Of a DNA stretch of 64,000 bases, positions 1 through 8,520 are shown one piece after another. Under the pieces are notes generated by a model. That model was not told the DNA's origin. It was given only the letters and a program-made list of their open reading frames with translations, and ran no database searches. How positions within the stretch are numbered: the first letter of the stretch is position 1; every line of letters starts with the position of its first letter. Source of the DNA: a virus; IMG/VR virus record IMGVR_UViG_3300045988_095676, positions 26,969-90,968 of that record, one strand, 5' to 3'. The position numbers and the translations under genes were made by a program.

Positions 1-2
1 AA

Positions 3-428
3 GTTACAGGATTTGATGGCAAGAAAAGCCTCGATTATTCAGCTCAAAACAACTTTACTTATCAGAAGATTACTGAATATTCAAACAGGTTCAATGCTTC
101 TATTAAAGACATCAGAGCCGGTATAATGGCTAAATTAGGTTTAGGAGGAAATACTCAGCAAGAGCCGGTAGCTCCTCAGACTTATACCCAGCAGCCGGCC
201 GCGCCTCAACAGGTTCAACAACCCAAGTCTGTTCCGAGTGCTATTCCGTATCAGAATTACCAACAGCCTGCTCAACAGCCTGCTCAGTATCAGGCCCCGG
301 CTCAGCCGGCTGCACCTGCCCCGGCACCTACTACAAGGAGCACCAAGCCTCAGCATCAGACGCAGCCACAGCCGCAAGCACAGATGCCGAACTTCCCTCC
401 TATGGAAGAAGATGACCTTCCATTTTAA
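3..428 (+). CDS. ssb: single-stranded DNA-binding protein, 5' end outside window
   Basis: The frame is open from the window edge into the 126..428 ORF. It has a Gln/Pro/Ala-rich linker and a C-terminal acidic tip EEDDLPF typical of SSB tails. Confidence 0.6.
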   Translation, partial: VTGFDGKKSLDYSAQNNFTYQKITEYSNRFNASIKDIRAGIMAKLGLGGNTQQEPVAPQTYTQQPAAPQQVQQPKSVPSAIPYQNYQQPAQQPAQYQAPAQPAAPAPAPTTRSTKPQHQTQPQPQAQMPNFPPMEEDDLPF

Positions 429-438
429 TATAAACATC

Positions 439-469
439 AGCCCAGGAGAATAACATCTCTTGGGCTTTT
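439..469 (+). terminator. intrinsic terminator after ssb
   Basis: 9-bp stem agcccagga/tcttgggct (one G-T pair), 10-nt loop, then TTT. Confidence 0.5.
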
Positions 470-552
470 AAAGATTGTGTAGAATGATGGTAGAAATAGT
501 TACAAGATTTCCCCTTATTAAACTTCGTAGGAAAGTGACAGAAGAAAGGATT

Positions 553-732
553 ATGGCGAAGCATGGGGATAAATTATGTATGATCTACTCAGAAACCAGA
601 GAAAAATATAAGCAAGGAGATGAGTGGGTCGATGATCCTAATGATGCAGACATAAGTACTTTTCGTGAGTGTTATGAATCAACGAAGGATATAAAAAAAG
701 AAGGTATTGTTTATTGTACTATAAAAATATAA
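553..732 (+). CDS. hypothetical protein (59 aa from the ATG inside the 475..732 ORF)
   Basis: ORF track. The ATG at 553 follows the terminator. No recognisable motif. Confidence 0.4.
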   Translation: MAKHGDKLCMIYSETREKYKQGDEWVDDPNDADISTFRECYESTKDIKKEGIVYCTIKI

Positions 733-734
733 TT

Positions 735-1385
735 ATGGACAAGTTAGAAGATATTGAAAGACTTCTTTCTGAAAAAGAAGATAGCAAGAAGGATACTGTT
801 TCTGAAAAGAACAACAAACATAAAAAAGAAGATAAGGTTGTTAATAAAATACCTGAATCGTATTTGACTCCAGGTTATCAGAAGACTGTGCAGGTAGGTA
901 TTAAGAAGCTGTATCCCGATGTCGTGATACCTGAATACAAGCATGATGGTGATGCATGTTGTGATATTCGTGCATATAGAGTGGTGAAGATGGTGAATGA
1001 CATGGGAGTGGAAATAGATGTTCCTTCCGATTTTGAATCAATCACCTTATATCAAGGTTATTCTGTTAGAATCGGAACAGGATTCAAATTGAATATCCCA
1101 GAAGGATGGTGCGTGAATGTAGAAGGAAGATCAGGATTCTCTTTTGACGAGGGAGTGGTAGTTACTAACGCGCCCGGTAAATGCGAATTTACCTACAAAG
1201 GAGAGTATATGGTTAATCTTACTAAAATCAATAAAAAACCGACCGTAATCCATAAAAACGATCGAATAGCTCAGATGGAAATCGTTCCACAATACAAAAT
1301 GGTATTGGAAGAGGTGACAGATATTGAGGTAGAAGACGGAAATGAACGTGGAGAAAAAGGTCTTGGTAGTTCTGGAGTTAAGTAA
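735..1385 (+). CDS. dut: dUTPase with N-terminal Lys/Glu-rich extension
   Basis: Trimeric dUTPase motifs: GKCEFTYKGEYMVNL (motif 3-like) and C-terminal RGEKGLGSSG (motif 5). ATG at 735 lies within the 714..1385 ORF. Confidence 0.8.
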   Translation: MDKLEDIERLLSEKEDSKKDTVSEKNNKHKKEDKVVNKIPESYLTPGYQKTVQVGIKKLYPDVVIPEYKHDGDACCDIRAYRVVKMVNDMGVEIDVPSDFESITLYQGYSVRIGTGFKLNIPEGWCVNVEGRSGFSFDEGVVVTNAPGKCEFTYKGEYMVNLTKINKKPTVIHKNDRIAQMEIVPQYKMVLEEVTDIEVEDGNERGEKGLGSSGVK

Positions 1386-1403
1386 TGTTTAAATATTTTG
1401 AAA

Positions 1404-2138
1404 ATGAGCATGTTAGGTTTTACATTCATCACAGACAGCAAGCTGTCAATGTACAGGGAGAAAGCTATTAAATCCGAAAATCTTGCAAAAGAAATTGAGG
1501 AAATGCAGGATAAGGCTGATTTTTACAAGGAAAGGCTTTCCGAACTTAAGTCAGATATCGCTTCAAAGGATAAAGAGATTTTATCTATTGGCAAAGATCT
1601 TTCTGAGTCTAAGGAAAAGATTGACGCCTTGAAGGAAAATCAGAAAAAGCTGATAAAAAGCGTCAAGAAGAAAACGGAAGAACTTGATGCGGCCAAGGCT
1701 GATCTTGACAAAGCTAAGTCTGATCTTGATGAGGCTAATTACAAAATCAGTAACTTGGAAGAAAAGAAAAACAGTATATCATTTGAATTAAAAAAGAAAT
1801 CAAATGCATTGATTGAAGCCAGGATCAGAATCGGAGATTTGGAAAACGAGGTTTCGGTTGGGTCCAAAACAATACAAGAGTTAGAATCGAAGCTGAAATT
1901 AATGCAAGTAGAATTAAGAGGCTACCAGATAGGTATAATCGGTAAAGACAAAAACGATTCCGCTGAGCCGGAATTGGATAAAGATGAGGAGTCAGATAAG
2001 GATGTGGCTGAGTCGGAGAAGTCTGATGTTGTTCCTGAGATGGATGTGATTCAGGAAGAAGCCGGTGATATTGTGGAGCCCGAAAACGAAGCTGAACGAG
2101 TAAAAGACACTAAAAAGAAGAAGAAAAAAAAGAAGTAG
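1404..2138 (+). CDS. coiled-coil protein with acidic region and poly-Lys C-terminus
   Basis: ORF track. Heptad-like K/E/L-rich sequence, ends KKKKKKKK. Confidence 0.6.
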   Translation: MSMLGFTFITDSKLSMYREKAIKSENLAKEIEEMQDKADFYKERLSELKSDIASKDKEILSIGKDLSESKEKIDALKENQKKLIKSVKKKTEELDAAKADLDKAKSDLDEANYKISNLEEKKNSISFELKKKSNALIEARIRIGDLENEVSVGSKTIQELESKLKLMQVELRGYQIGIIGKDKNDSAEPELDKDEESDKDVAESEKSDVVPEMDVIQEEAGDIVEPENEAERVKDTKKKKKKKK

Positions 2139-2244
2139 GTATTTTAATCCTTTTTATATTTTAATGTTTGCCATATTATGGGTTAGTACTTAACTTTGCG
2201 TTGAGAGAGTTTTTAGGATAATTATTGGTTAATATTTAGCTGTT

Positions 2245-2276
2245 ATATGCAGGCGTCTGTTAAGGCTCCTGCATAT
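2245..2276 (+). promoter_or_regulatory. conserved-loop hairpin A (terminator-like, followed by TTTT)
   Basis: 9-bp stem atatgcagg/cctgcatat. The 14-nt loop cgtctgttaaggct shares the CTGYKAAGR core with hairpins B, D and F. Confidence 0.6.
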
Positions 2277-2282
2277 TTTTAA

Positions 2283-2355
2283 GGTCCTGTAGCTTAGTGG
2301 TGAAAGCAGGCGGCTCATAACCGCAAGATCGTGGGTTCAAATCCCTCTGGGACCA
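2283..2355 (+). tRNA. tRNA-Met (or Ile2), anticodon CAT
   Basis: Hand-folded cloverleaf: acceptor ggtcctg/tgggacc, anticodon loop ctCATaa, T-loop ttcaaat. No encoded CCA. Confidence 0.8.
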
Positions 2356-2356
2356 C

Positions 2357-2427
2357 TGTCCAATGGTGTAGTGGTAGCACAACAGATTTTGGTTCTGTTA
2401 GCGGAGGTTCGAATCCTCCTTGGATAA
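2357..2427 (+). tRNA. tRNA-Gln, anticodon TTG
   Basis: Acceptor tgtccaa/ttggata, anticodon stem acaga/tctgt with loop ttTTGgt, T-arm ggagg-ttcgaat-cctcc. No encoded CCA. Confidence 0.8.
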
Positions 2428-2497
2428 CGGTACATATTTTGTGTAAAGTGTTAATTATCTCGGTGTTTGCGGTGTGTGAACATAGCAAACATTAAAT

Positions 2498-2569
2498 AGC
2501 CTGGTAGTTAAACGGATATAACAAAAGTTTCCTAAACTTTAGTTCCGGGTTCGACTCCCGGTTGGGCTA
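2498..2569 (+). tRNA. tRNA-Arg, anticodon CCT
   Basis: Anticodon stem aaagt/acttt with loop ttCCTaa, T-arm ccggg-ttcgact-cccgg. The acceptor has several G-U pairs, so the ends are +/-1 nt. Confidence 0.7.
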
Positions 2570-2572
2570 CAT

Positions 2573-2644
2573 GGCTTGTTGGATGAGTGGTTTAGTCAGG
2601 GATCTGCAAAATCTCGTAGGGCGGTTCGATTCCGCCACAAGCCT
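2573..2644 (+). tRNA. tRNA-Cys, anticodon GCA
   Basis: Acceptor ggcttgt/acaagcc, anticodon loop ctGCAaa, T-arm ggcgg-ttcgatt-ccgcc. No encoded CCA. Confidence 0.8.
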
Positions 2645-2660
2645 CTAAAAAAGTAAGACA

Positions 2661-3353
2661 ATGAACTACCCAGAGCAACAAATGCTTAAGATCCTTAATA
2701 GGGATCTGCTAAGTAATCCGATGTATGTTATTAACAATCTCCATATATATGATTGGGAATCTGACTTCTTGGCCATAACAAGATCATTGTACGCTTATGA
2801 AGTAGAGGTCAAGATGTCTAAACAAGATTTCTTTAACGACTTCAAAAAGGATAAAAAACATAAGGTTCTTAAAGACGGCATTATTAAAGTAGGTGGTGTC
2901 ATAAGCTATCCTCCAAACTATTTCTACTACGCCTGTCCGCCTAATATGATTGACGTAAATGAAGTTCCGTCTTATGCCGGGCTGATTTATGTCGATGTTA
3001 GTAAAAATAGGAAGAACGTCGTTAAGGTCGCACCTTTAATTCATAGACAGAAGTTTGATGTAGTGGGTAGGAAACTGGTGGATAAGTTTTACTACAATAT
3101 GCTTACTTGGAAGAAAAGAGCTATTTCAAACGTGTATGCTGACCCAGCCAAGGAAAGAGAGAAAGGCGTGCGTGCCGGGGCTGAGGCTGTGAGGAAGTCG
3201 GCCTGGGATGCGTTCAGGGCGCAGTGCCCGCACATTGCTTTCCCCTATGGAAAAGAATTTCCGATGTGTGACGATCACGAACAAGATCATCCCATGAGAG
3301 ACTGCATACTTCAGTGTGAAAAAGGTGGAATATTTAAAAACAGATTGAAATGA
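2661..3353 (+). CDS. hypothetical protein, possible PD-(D/E)XK-fold nuclease (MmcB-like)
   Basis: ORF track. D...ExK-type pattern (ESDFLAIT...YAYEVEVK) near the N-terminus. The functional call is weak. Confidence 0.45.
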   Translation: MNYPEQQMLKILNRDLLSNPMYVINNLHIYDWESDFLAITRSLYAYEVEVKMSKQDFFNDFKKDKKHKVLKDGIIKVGGVISYPPNYFYYACPPNMIDVNEVPSYAGLIYVDVSKNRKNVVKVAPLIHRQKFDVVGRKLVDKFYYNMLTWKKRAISNVYADPAKEREKGVRAGAEAVRKSAWDAFRAQCPHIAFPYGKEFPMCDDHEQDHPMRDCILQCEKGGIFKNRLK

Positions 3354-3619
3354 GCACCCCACGTGAATTAAGTAGAATAGCTAATAGGATAGCCGGTAAG
3401 ATGACTGATGATGGATGGGTTAGCCCCGGTAGAAAGAATCTCGTTTCCGATAAGAAGGTTATGGAGTTAATAGATTCGATTTTTAATGAAATTTGGAGAG
3501 AATTAGATGACGGGAAAAGAGTCCATATCAGGAAACAGATGATTTTCAAAAAGATTTTTGTCAGTAGGCAAAAAGATAAATACTATATACAATGCATAGA
3601 AAAAAGGGACGCCAAATAG
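3350..3619 (+). CDS. hypothetical protein
   Basis: ORF track. ATGA start/stop overlap with the upstream gene. Confidence 0.6.
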   Translation: MSTPRELSRIANRIAGKMTDDGWVSPGRKNLVSDKKVMELIDSIFNEIWRELDDGKRVHIRKQMIFKKIFVSRQKDKYYIQCIEKRDAK

Positions 3620-3636
3620 ACGTCCCTTTTTGTTTT
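3601..3636. terminator. bidirectional terminator between convergent genes
   Basis: Perfect 10-bp stem aaaagggacg/cgtccctttt, 9-nt loop, A-run upstream and T-run downstream. Confidence 0.7.
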
Positions 3637-3666
3637 TTATAAGCAATACAGACGTGAATAATCACA

Positions 3667-4323
3667 TCACTTCATTACTGTCCTTACCAACTTAGAAACA
3701 GCTTGTGTGATAGTCCACCTGATGTTAGCATTAACATTGATAGTCTGAGGAGTACCGTTTGCATCCAAGTTGATTACCTCCTTGTCTATTTCCAAGAACG
3801 GATCACCTGCTGTCTGGGTAATAACCGTATTAGCTGTCTGACCACCGGCGGCCGTCACCTTAAGAGTATTTACCAGATCATTTACATCAGCGTTTTCTGG
3901 AATACCGGAGAATACGATACTGAAAGCAAATCCCCCTGTTGCACCAGGGTCGTCGGCAATAACAGCACCGTTATTGGTAGCCTTGCCTGCTGCCTGATAG
4001 GAGGCTGGTATTTCCAGCGTCAGAGGATGAGACTCGTCTGGAGTTAAGGAGAACGTTAATTTAGTTGAGTTACTTGTGCCGTTGATTGTTACAGTACCAC
4101 CTTCTTTCCCTACAGATGCAGTAGGATCTATTTTTACGAACTCAGCTACCGGAGCTTGGTTTATGGTAGCACTTTTCTTAACATCCCCGGATTCGGCACC
4201 AAATTCTACTTGTAACGTACGCTGTACACGACCTTCGTATTTTTCACCTGATACGGTAACTGCCTGATCACCGTCACCTGATCCCGGATTGAAGGTTACA
4301 AAACCTATTTTCATTTCTGCCAT
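3667..4323 (-). CDS. Ig-like (BACON/Big-like) repeat surface or virion-decoration protein
   Basis: Thr/Gly/Asn-rich beta-strand repeats (GDQAVTVSG, GGTVTINGTSN, GTPQTINVNANIRWTI) resemble Bacteroidetes BACON/Ig modules. It is the only - strand gene in the first 54 kb. Confidence 0.45.
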   Translation of the reverse strand: MAEMKIGFVTFNPGSGDGDQAVTVSGEKYEGRVQRTLQVEFGAESGDVKKSATINQAPVAEFVKIDPTASVGKEGGTVTINGTSNSTKLTFSLTPDESHPLTLEIPASYQAAGKATNNGAVIADDPGATGGFAFSIVFSGIPENADVNDLVNTLKVTAAGGQTANTVITQTAGDPFLEIDKEVINLDANGTPQTINVNANIRWTITQAVSKLVRTVMK

Positions 4324-4439
4324 GATATAAATGATTTTTTTAGTTAATTAATATCTTGACAAATATAGTTTTATTATACGGAAATCCTATTATTGATCTT
4401 CATAAATTAAAACTATCTTTATCCCAAAATAAGACAATT

Positions 4440-5554
4440 ATGAGAAGAAGATTTTTTAACAAAATAGGGGGGGGTATTTACCTACTGATAATTTTATAGT
4501 TTTTGATAAATCTGTATCAGATCCGGCTAATATAACAATAAGCGAAGACAGTGATTTTTTAAATAGGTTGATTACAAGTGGCTTTTATAGAGTTCTTTGC
4601 AAGAGCGCTATGGGAGGAGGAGAGGTTTTTGTATGTAGGTTGAAGGAAGACAACAGCAATTTGTATCTTGATGGTAGTCAGGCTAATCTTACCGGACCAG
4701 AAGGTGATGTGATGGTCGTTTTCTTAGAATTTTGGTATAAATGGTATAAGGTGGATGATAATAGATTTCTTTATCATTTTGCTGATCATGATATTGACGG
4801 CACTTACATCCATGTCCCGGAATCTCTTGTTGGAGCATATAAAGGATATGTATCTTTGAATGGATTATATAGCTGGAGTGGTGTTAGTCCTACAACTTCA
4901 AAATCATTCAACGATTTTGAAGGTTATGCGAAAGCGCGTGGTACCGGGTTTCAGATGATAGATTTTCAACAACATTGCGTGATTGCTATGATGTTGTATG
5001 CTAAGTACAAAACACGTAATATTCAATCTGTATTAGGATTAGGTGGCGCAAATAATAATCCGGCTACAACAACGGGAAGCAGCAACGCAACCGGCGGTGC
5101 GGATACCAAAAACGAAAGTTCAAAGTACGTTTGCGGCTTAGGTTTGGAAGGGGTTTTTGGTGGTATCTATGAATGGGTTGAAGGTGTAGAAATCAACAAC
5201 CGAGTTTGGAAAATCACCGACCCAGACGGATCGACTCGCAATGTGAACGCCGGAACTTCCAATGGCTGGATAACGAATATCGCAGCGGAAAACGGTCCGT
5301 TTTTCGATGTGGTGCCGACAAATGTTGGCGGTAACGATTCCATGCATTATTCAGATTACTATAGTCAGACATCGAGCAACTCCATTGTTTTGGCGCGCTC
5401 CTATAGCGGCTCGGATACGAGTAGTGGCGTGGCGTATGCGTATGCGTCTCGCAACGCGTTGAGCGCGAGTTCGTACTTCGGTTCGCGTCTTGCTTTCCGT
5501 GGAATCATATCCGAGGTGGCTCCAGAGCAGTTCAAAAAATTACCTGTATTATAA
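4440..5554 (+). CDS. fibre/receptor-binding-like protein with C-terminal FGE/C-type-lectin-like fold, interrupted at a G8 run (needs -1 shift)
   Basis: ATG 4440 encodes MRRRFFNKIGGG. The frame of ORF 4568..5554 is open back to 4460 through G8 at 4467-4474. GLGLEGVFGGIYEWVEG and the terminal ...GSRLAFRG resemble the GNVWEW / GFR motifs of FGE-type lectin folds. Confidence 0.5.
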
Positions 5555-5600
5555 TATCATATTTTAATTGTTTTTAAATTGTATTGTTTATATTATTGCG

Positions 5601-5608
5601 TATATTTG
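5601..5608 (+). promoter_or_regulatory. Bacteroidota-type -7 promoter box TATATTTG
   Basis: Matches TAnnTTTG, 26 nt upstream of ATG 5634. Confidence 0.45.
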
Positions 5609-5633
5609 CGATACAATTTAAAAACATTATATC

Positions 5634-6056
5634 ATGAAGATAAACTTTTTAAGCAGTAAAACCTATGTAGGTTCTAAGACAAAAGAAGCTAAAATCAGAA
5701 AGCTTTCTATTAGCAAAGATCGGATTATGACCATATCGGTGGACAATCTGAAATGGATGGGTATCGAAGATGCGGTTATTATTGGTATGGAAGAAGGAGC
5801 TGAGTTTAAAGGGGTGTTGGATTCTAATTTGTATATAGCTCCTTCTAAGGTAGAAGACGAGAGATCGTTTTTATTAAATAAACAAGGTGAGAAATATAGA
5901 CGTATTTACCTCCGTGATGTACTGTCTTCGTTAGGTTGGGATATCGGTGATAATCAGTATGCGGTTTATGATATTGTGAAGGTTAAGGACGAAGATGGTG
6001 TGTTCTGCCTGGTTCCGAGAGAGATTAAGAAAAGTAAGTTTGAGAAAGGAGAATGA
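5634..6056 (+). CDS. hypothetical protein
   Basis: ORF track. Promoter-like box upstream. Confidence 0.65.
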   Translation: MKINFLSSKTYVGSKTKEAKIRKLSISKDRIMTISVDNLKWMGIEDAVIIGMEEGAEFKGVLDSNLYIAPSKVEDERSFLLNKQGEKYRRIYLRDVLSSLGWDIGDNQYAVYDIVKVKDEDGVFCLVPREIKKSKFEKGE

Positions 6057-6057
6057 T

Positions 6058-6936
6058 ATGGTACAAGATATTGATATAAAATCCAAACGAATATTATTGT
6101 TTGATTTTGATGGAACGCTTATAGAAACCGCTTCTGGGAATACGTTCGCTACAGACTTGACAGATATGAGGATTAAGATGGATGTGGTGAATAAGGCTCT
6201 TGACCTCATGCAGGAGAACGGTGTTAAGGTATTTGCTATCGTAAGCAATCAAGGAGGAGTAGAAGCTGGGTTTGTTTCTGGAGCTGATATTGAAGCTAAG
6301 ATAGAATACGTACTGAGGTCCGTACATGATCTGGCGGTAAAGAGAGGTATAAGAGGCGTCCTATATGAAAAAAGGTTGTGTTATTCAAATGACGAACAAA
6401 ATCCGATGAGGAAGCCTAATACGGGCATGATTGATGATATTCTTATGAAGTGTAAAGACACGGTAATGCGCGGTATGAACTTCAGTCAACTTAAGGGATG
6501 TTCGTTGATGGTCGGGGACGCCAGTGGTCTGCCAGGGCAGTTCTCTGATTCGGATAAGGTATGTGCCTATAATTCCGGTATTAACTATATGGATATTACT
6601 ACATTTTTGGATAAAGATCTTGATTTAGAATATGTATTGTCCAAAGAACATACAAGTGAAGGAATAGTTATTCTAAACAACGATCATATATATATCCTTG
6701 AAAATCCATATGGGGTTGGTCTTAATATAAAAATCACTTTAAAAGATTTTTATAAGATTGAAACCGATGATGGAAAAACTGCAACCGTAGATGATGTGCT
6801 GAATATAAGGATTGATAAAGATCAGAATTTTAATTCATATAGTGATGTTATAAAAATAGAAACATTAAAAGACGGTAGTATCAAATATACAAGCTTATAT
6901 CATGAAAGTAAAGAAAACAGCGATAGTTTATCATAA
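6058..6936 (+). CDS. HAD-superfamily phosphatase (polynucleotide 3'-phosphatase / GmhB-like) with unknown C-terminal domain
   Basis: HAD motif I LLFDFDGTLIE, motif II VSNQGG, Lys motif MRKPNTGM, motif IV MVGDASG. ATG 6058 lies 1 nt after the upstream stop. No kinase P-loop. Confidence 0.7.
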   Translation: MVQDIDIKSKRILLFDFDGTLIETASGNTFATDLTDMRIKMDVVNKALDLMQENGVKVFAIVSNQGGVEAGFVSGADIEAKIEYVLRSVHDLAVKRGIRGVLYEKRLCYSNDEQNPMRKPNTGMIDDILMKCKDTVMRGMNFSQLKGCSLMVGDASGLPGQFSDSDKVCAYNSGINYMDITTFLDKDLDLEYVLSKEHTSEGIVILNNDHIYILENPYGVGLNIKITLKDFYKIETDDGKTATVDDVLNIRIDKDQNFNSYSDVIKIETLKDGSIKYTSLYHESKENSDSLS

Positions 6937-7858
6937 ATCGGATTTAGATGGCGTTGTATCGGCAGCCATCGCAACCATGTACGAAAACAGTAAAAACAAG
7001 GATGTTGTTTATATCCCGTATTCGTATGAAGATGATGTTAAGAAAGTTGTTGACCAAGTACGTGACTTAGATGTTGTTTATGTTCTTGACGTGTCTTTTG
7101 GAGCCGATTCTAAAACTGTTTTCAAAAAGTGGCTTGATGAAGGGAAGAGCCTGATGTGGATAGATCACCACAAGGGAATTATTGAGGACAGTAAGACATG
7201 GGGGTTCGTAGTTCCAGGGTTGAGGAGGGTCGGTGTCGGTGCGTGCGCTCTGGCTTCGGACCTGCTTATGGGGAAGGTGCCGGCGATCGTCCGATGCCTG
7301 TCAGACTACGATGTGTGGAATAAAGAATCTGGCTTAGGCTGGGATACGGTAGTAGCTGTCCAGTATGCCTTGAGATCAAAAATAAGACTCAATGTATTGA
7401 TTGCATTGTCGTATTTATATGATCACTTTAAAGAAAACATGAAAGACAATGAAATTGATCTTATTTTTTATGATCTTGCTAAAGAAGGACGTGCTATAAT
7501 TAATTACATGGCTTGTAAAAACGAAGATGAGGTAAGTAGGTACTCGTTCGAAGCTTACGTCGACGAGGTTAAGGTTATGGCTATGAATACCGCTGAATTT
7601 AGCTCTAAGGTATTTGATTCTCTTACACCGGACTGGTTAGACGGTAGAAAAATTAAAGCCCTGATGCCATTTTGTATCATGCCATGTGGAAAAGTTAGGT
7701 TCTCTCTTTACGAATGCGTAGAAGACAGCGTAGATTGCTGTGAGGTAAGTAAGAGATTCGGTGGTGGAGGACATGCTGGTGCTGCTGGATTCGTTATAGA
7801 CGTATCAAGTGACCAGTTTAAGGACTTCCTTGAAAGTAAAAAACTTTTATCGAAATGA
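6902..7858 (+). CDS. DHH/DHHA1-family phosphoesterase (NrnA/RecJ-like)
   Basis: Motifs HKSDLDGV, DVSF, WIDHHKG (DHH) and GGGGHAGAAGF (DHHA1 GGGH). Confidence 0.8.
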   Translation: MKVKKTAIVYHKSDLDGVVSAAIATMYENSKNKDVVYIPYSYEDDVKKVVDQVRDLDVVYVLDVSFGADSKTVFKKWLDEGKSLMWIDHHKGIIEDSKTWGFVVPGLRRVGVGACALASDLLMGKVPAIVRCLSDYDVWNKESGLGWDTVVAVQYALRSKIRLNVLIALSYLYDHFKENMKDNEIDLIFYDLAKEGRAIINYMACKNEDEVSRYSFEAYVDEVKVMAMNTAEFSSKVFDSLTPDWLDGRKIKALMPFCIMPCGKVRFSLYECVEDSVDCCEVSKRFGGGGHAGAAGFVIDVSSDQFKDFLESKKLLSK

Positions 7859-8226
7859 AGCGTGAATTATATCAGTTCTATCCGGAAGTCTATCCTTTTA
7901 ATCTGTGGATATACGTAGGAAAAGATGTATCTGGCATGGTAGAATGTTTCAATAACGATTTTAGTTACGTAGATAATAGCAAGGCTGTAACTGTATCCGT
8001 TCCATACGGAGGGTGTAAATTAAATCCTAATACGGGATTTTTGATATGGTTTCTTAATAAGAAAATAATTGATTTTGAAACAGTTTGCCATGAAGCATCC
8101 CATGTTTCTACTGAAGCTTTTAATTTCTTAGGAGAAGAAGTAAAAAACTTCAGAACCATTCTCGTATCTCAATGGATGGATAGGGAGAAAGTGCGAGGAA
8201 GTAAAGATCGGAATAGCCGAAGATAA
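7855..8226 (+). CDS. small protein with HExxH motif (possible minimal zinc metallopeptidase)
   Basis: CHEASHVSTEA contains HEASH. ATGA overlap with the DHH gene. The functional call is weak. Confidence 0.4.
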   Translation: MKRELYQFYPEVYPFNLWIYVGKDVSGMVECFNNDFSYVDNSKAVTVSVPYGGCKLNPNTGFLIWFLNKKIIDFETVCHEASHVSTEAFNFLGEEVKNFRTILVSQWMDREKVRGSKDRNSRR

Positions 8227-8267
8227 ACTAATATGGGAAAGTAAATAATTACCGTCGTAAAATAAGT

Positions 8268-8300
8268 ATGGGGAACTTTGGATAGGTTCCCCATATTTTT
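8268..8300 (+). terminator. intrinsic terminator
   Basis: 9-bp stem atggggaac/gttccccat, loop tttggatag, then ATTTTT. Confidence 0.7.
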
Positions 8301-8380
8301 ATGTGATGAGGGAGAGGAATGGTGAAATGTTTATGTGATGGGAGAGATATGAGAAAGAGGTTTATGTGATGGGAGAGAGG
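8299..8380 (+). repeat. three direct repeats TTATGTGATGrGrGAGAG (iteron-like)
   Basis: Copies at 8299-8317, 8331-8347 and 8362-8380, with period 31-32 bp. Confidence 0.8.
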
Positions 8381-8408
8381 GGGTACCTATCACGAACCTC
8401 CCGCCCCC

Positions 8409-8463
8409 GAAACGCGTTTTCTCCCCCGCACCCCCCTTCGCTGGAAAACCGGAAACGCGTTTT
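8409..8463. repeat. two copies of palindromic GAAACGCGTTTT embedded in C-runs
   Basis: Copies at 8409-8420 and 8452-8463. C-runs at 8400-02, 8404-08, 8423-27 and 8431-36. Confidence 0.8.
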
Positions 8464-8474
8464 ACCTCAAACCC

Positions 8475-8520
8475 ACAAACTCTCTGATTATCAATCACTT
8501 ATTTAAATTATTGATAATCA
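8475..8520. repeat. 11-bp perfect inverted repeat TGATTATCAAT / ATTGATAATCA
   Basis: Arms at 8475-8485 and 8510-8520. Related TGATWATCA copies near 8540 and 8623. Confidence 0.8.

Noticed and set aside
141-437. Antisense or alternative-frame ORFs in the track. Examples are 141..437(-), 238..453(+), 3703..4047(+), 5931..6248(-), 28179..28520(-), 43559..44023(-), 44417..44851(-), 44481..44684(+), 26087..26509(-), and the + strand ORFs inside the giant gene.
   Set aside because: They lie entirely within stronger ORFs that have recognisable motifs, or within low-complexity or repetitive coding sequence (the SSB linker, the flotillin coiled coil). Their translations are Leu/Ser/Arg/Phe-rich shadow sequences.
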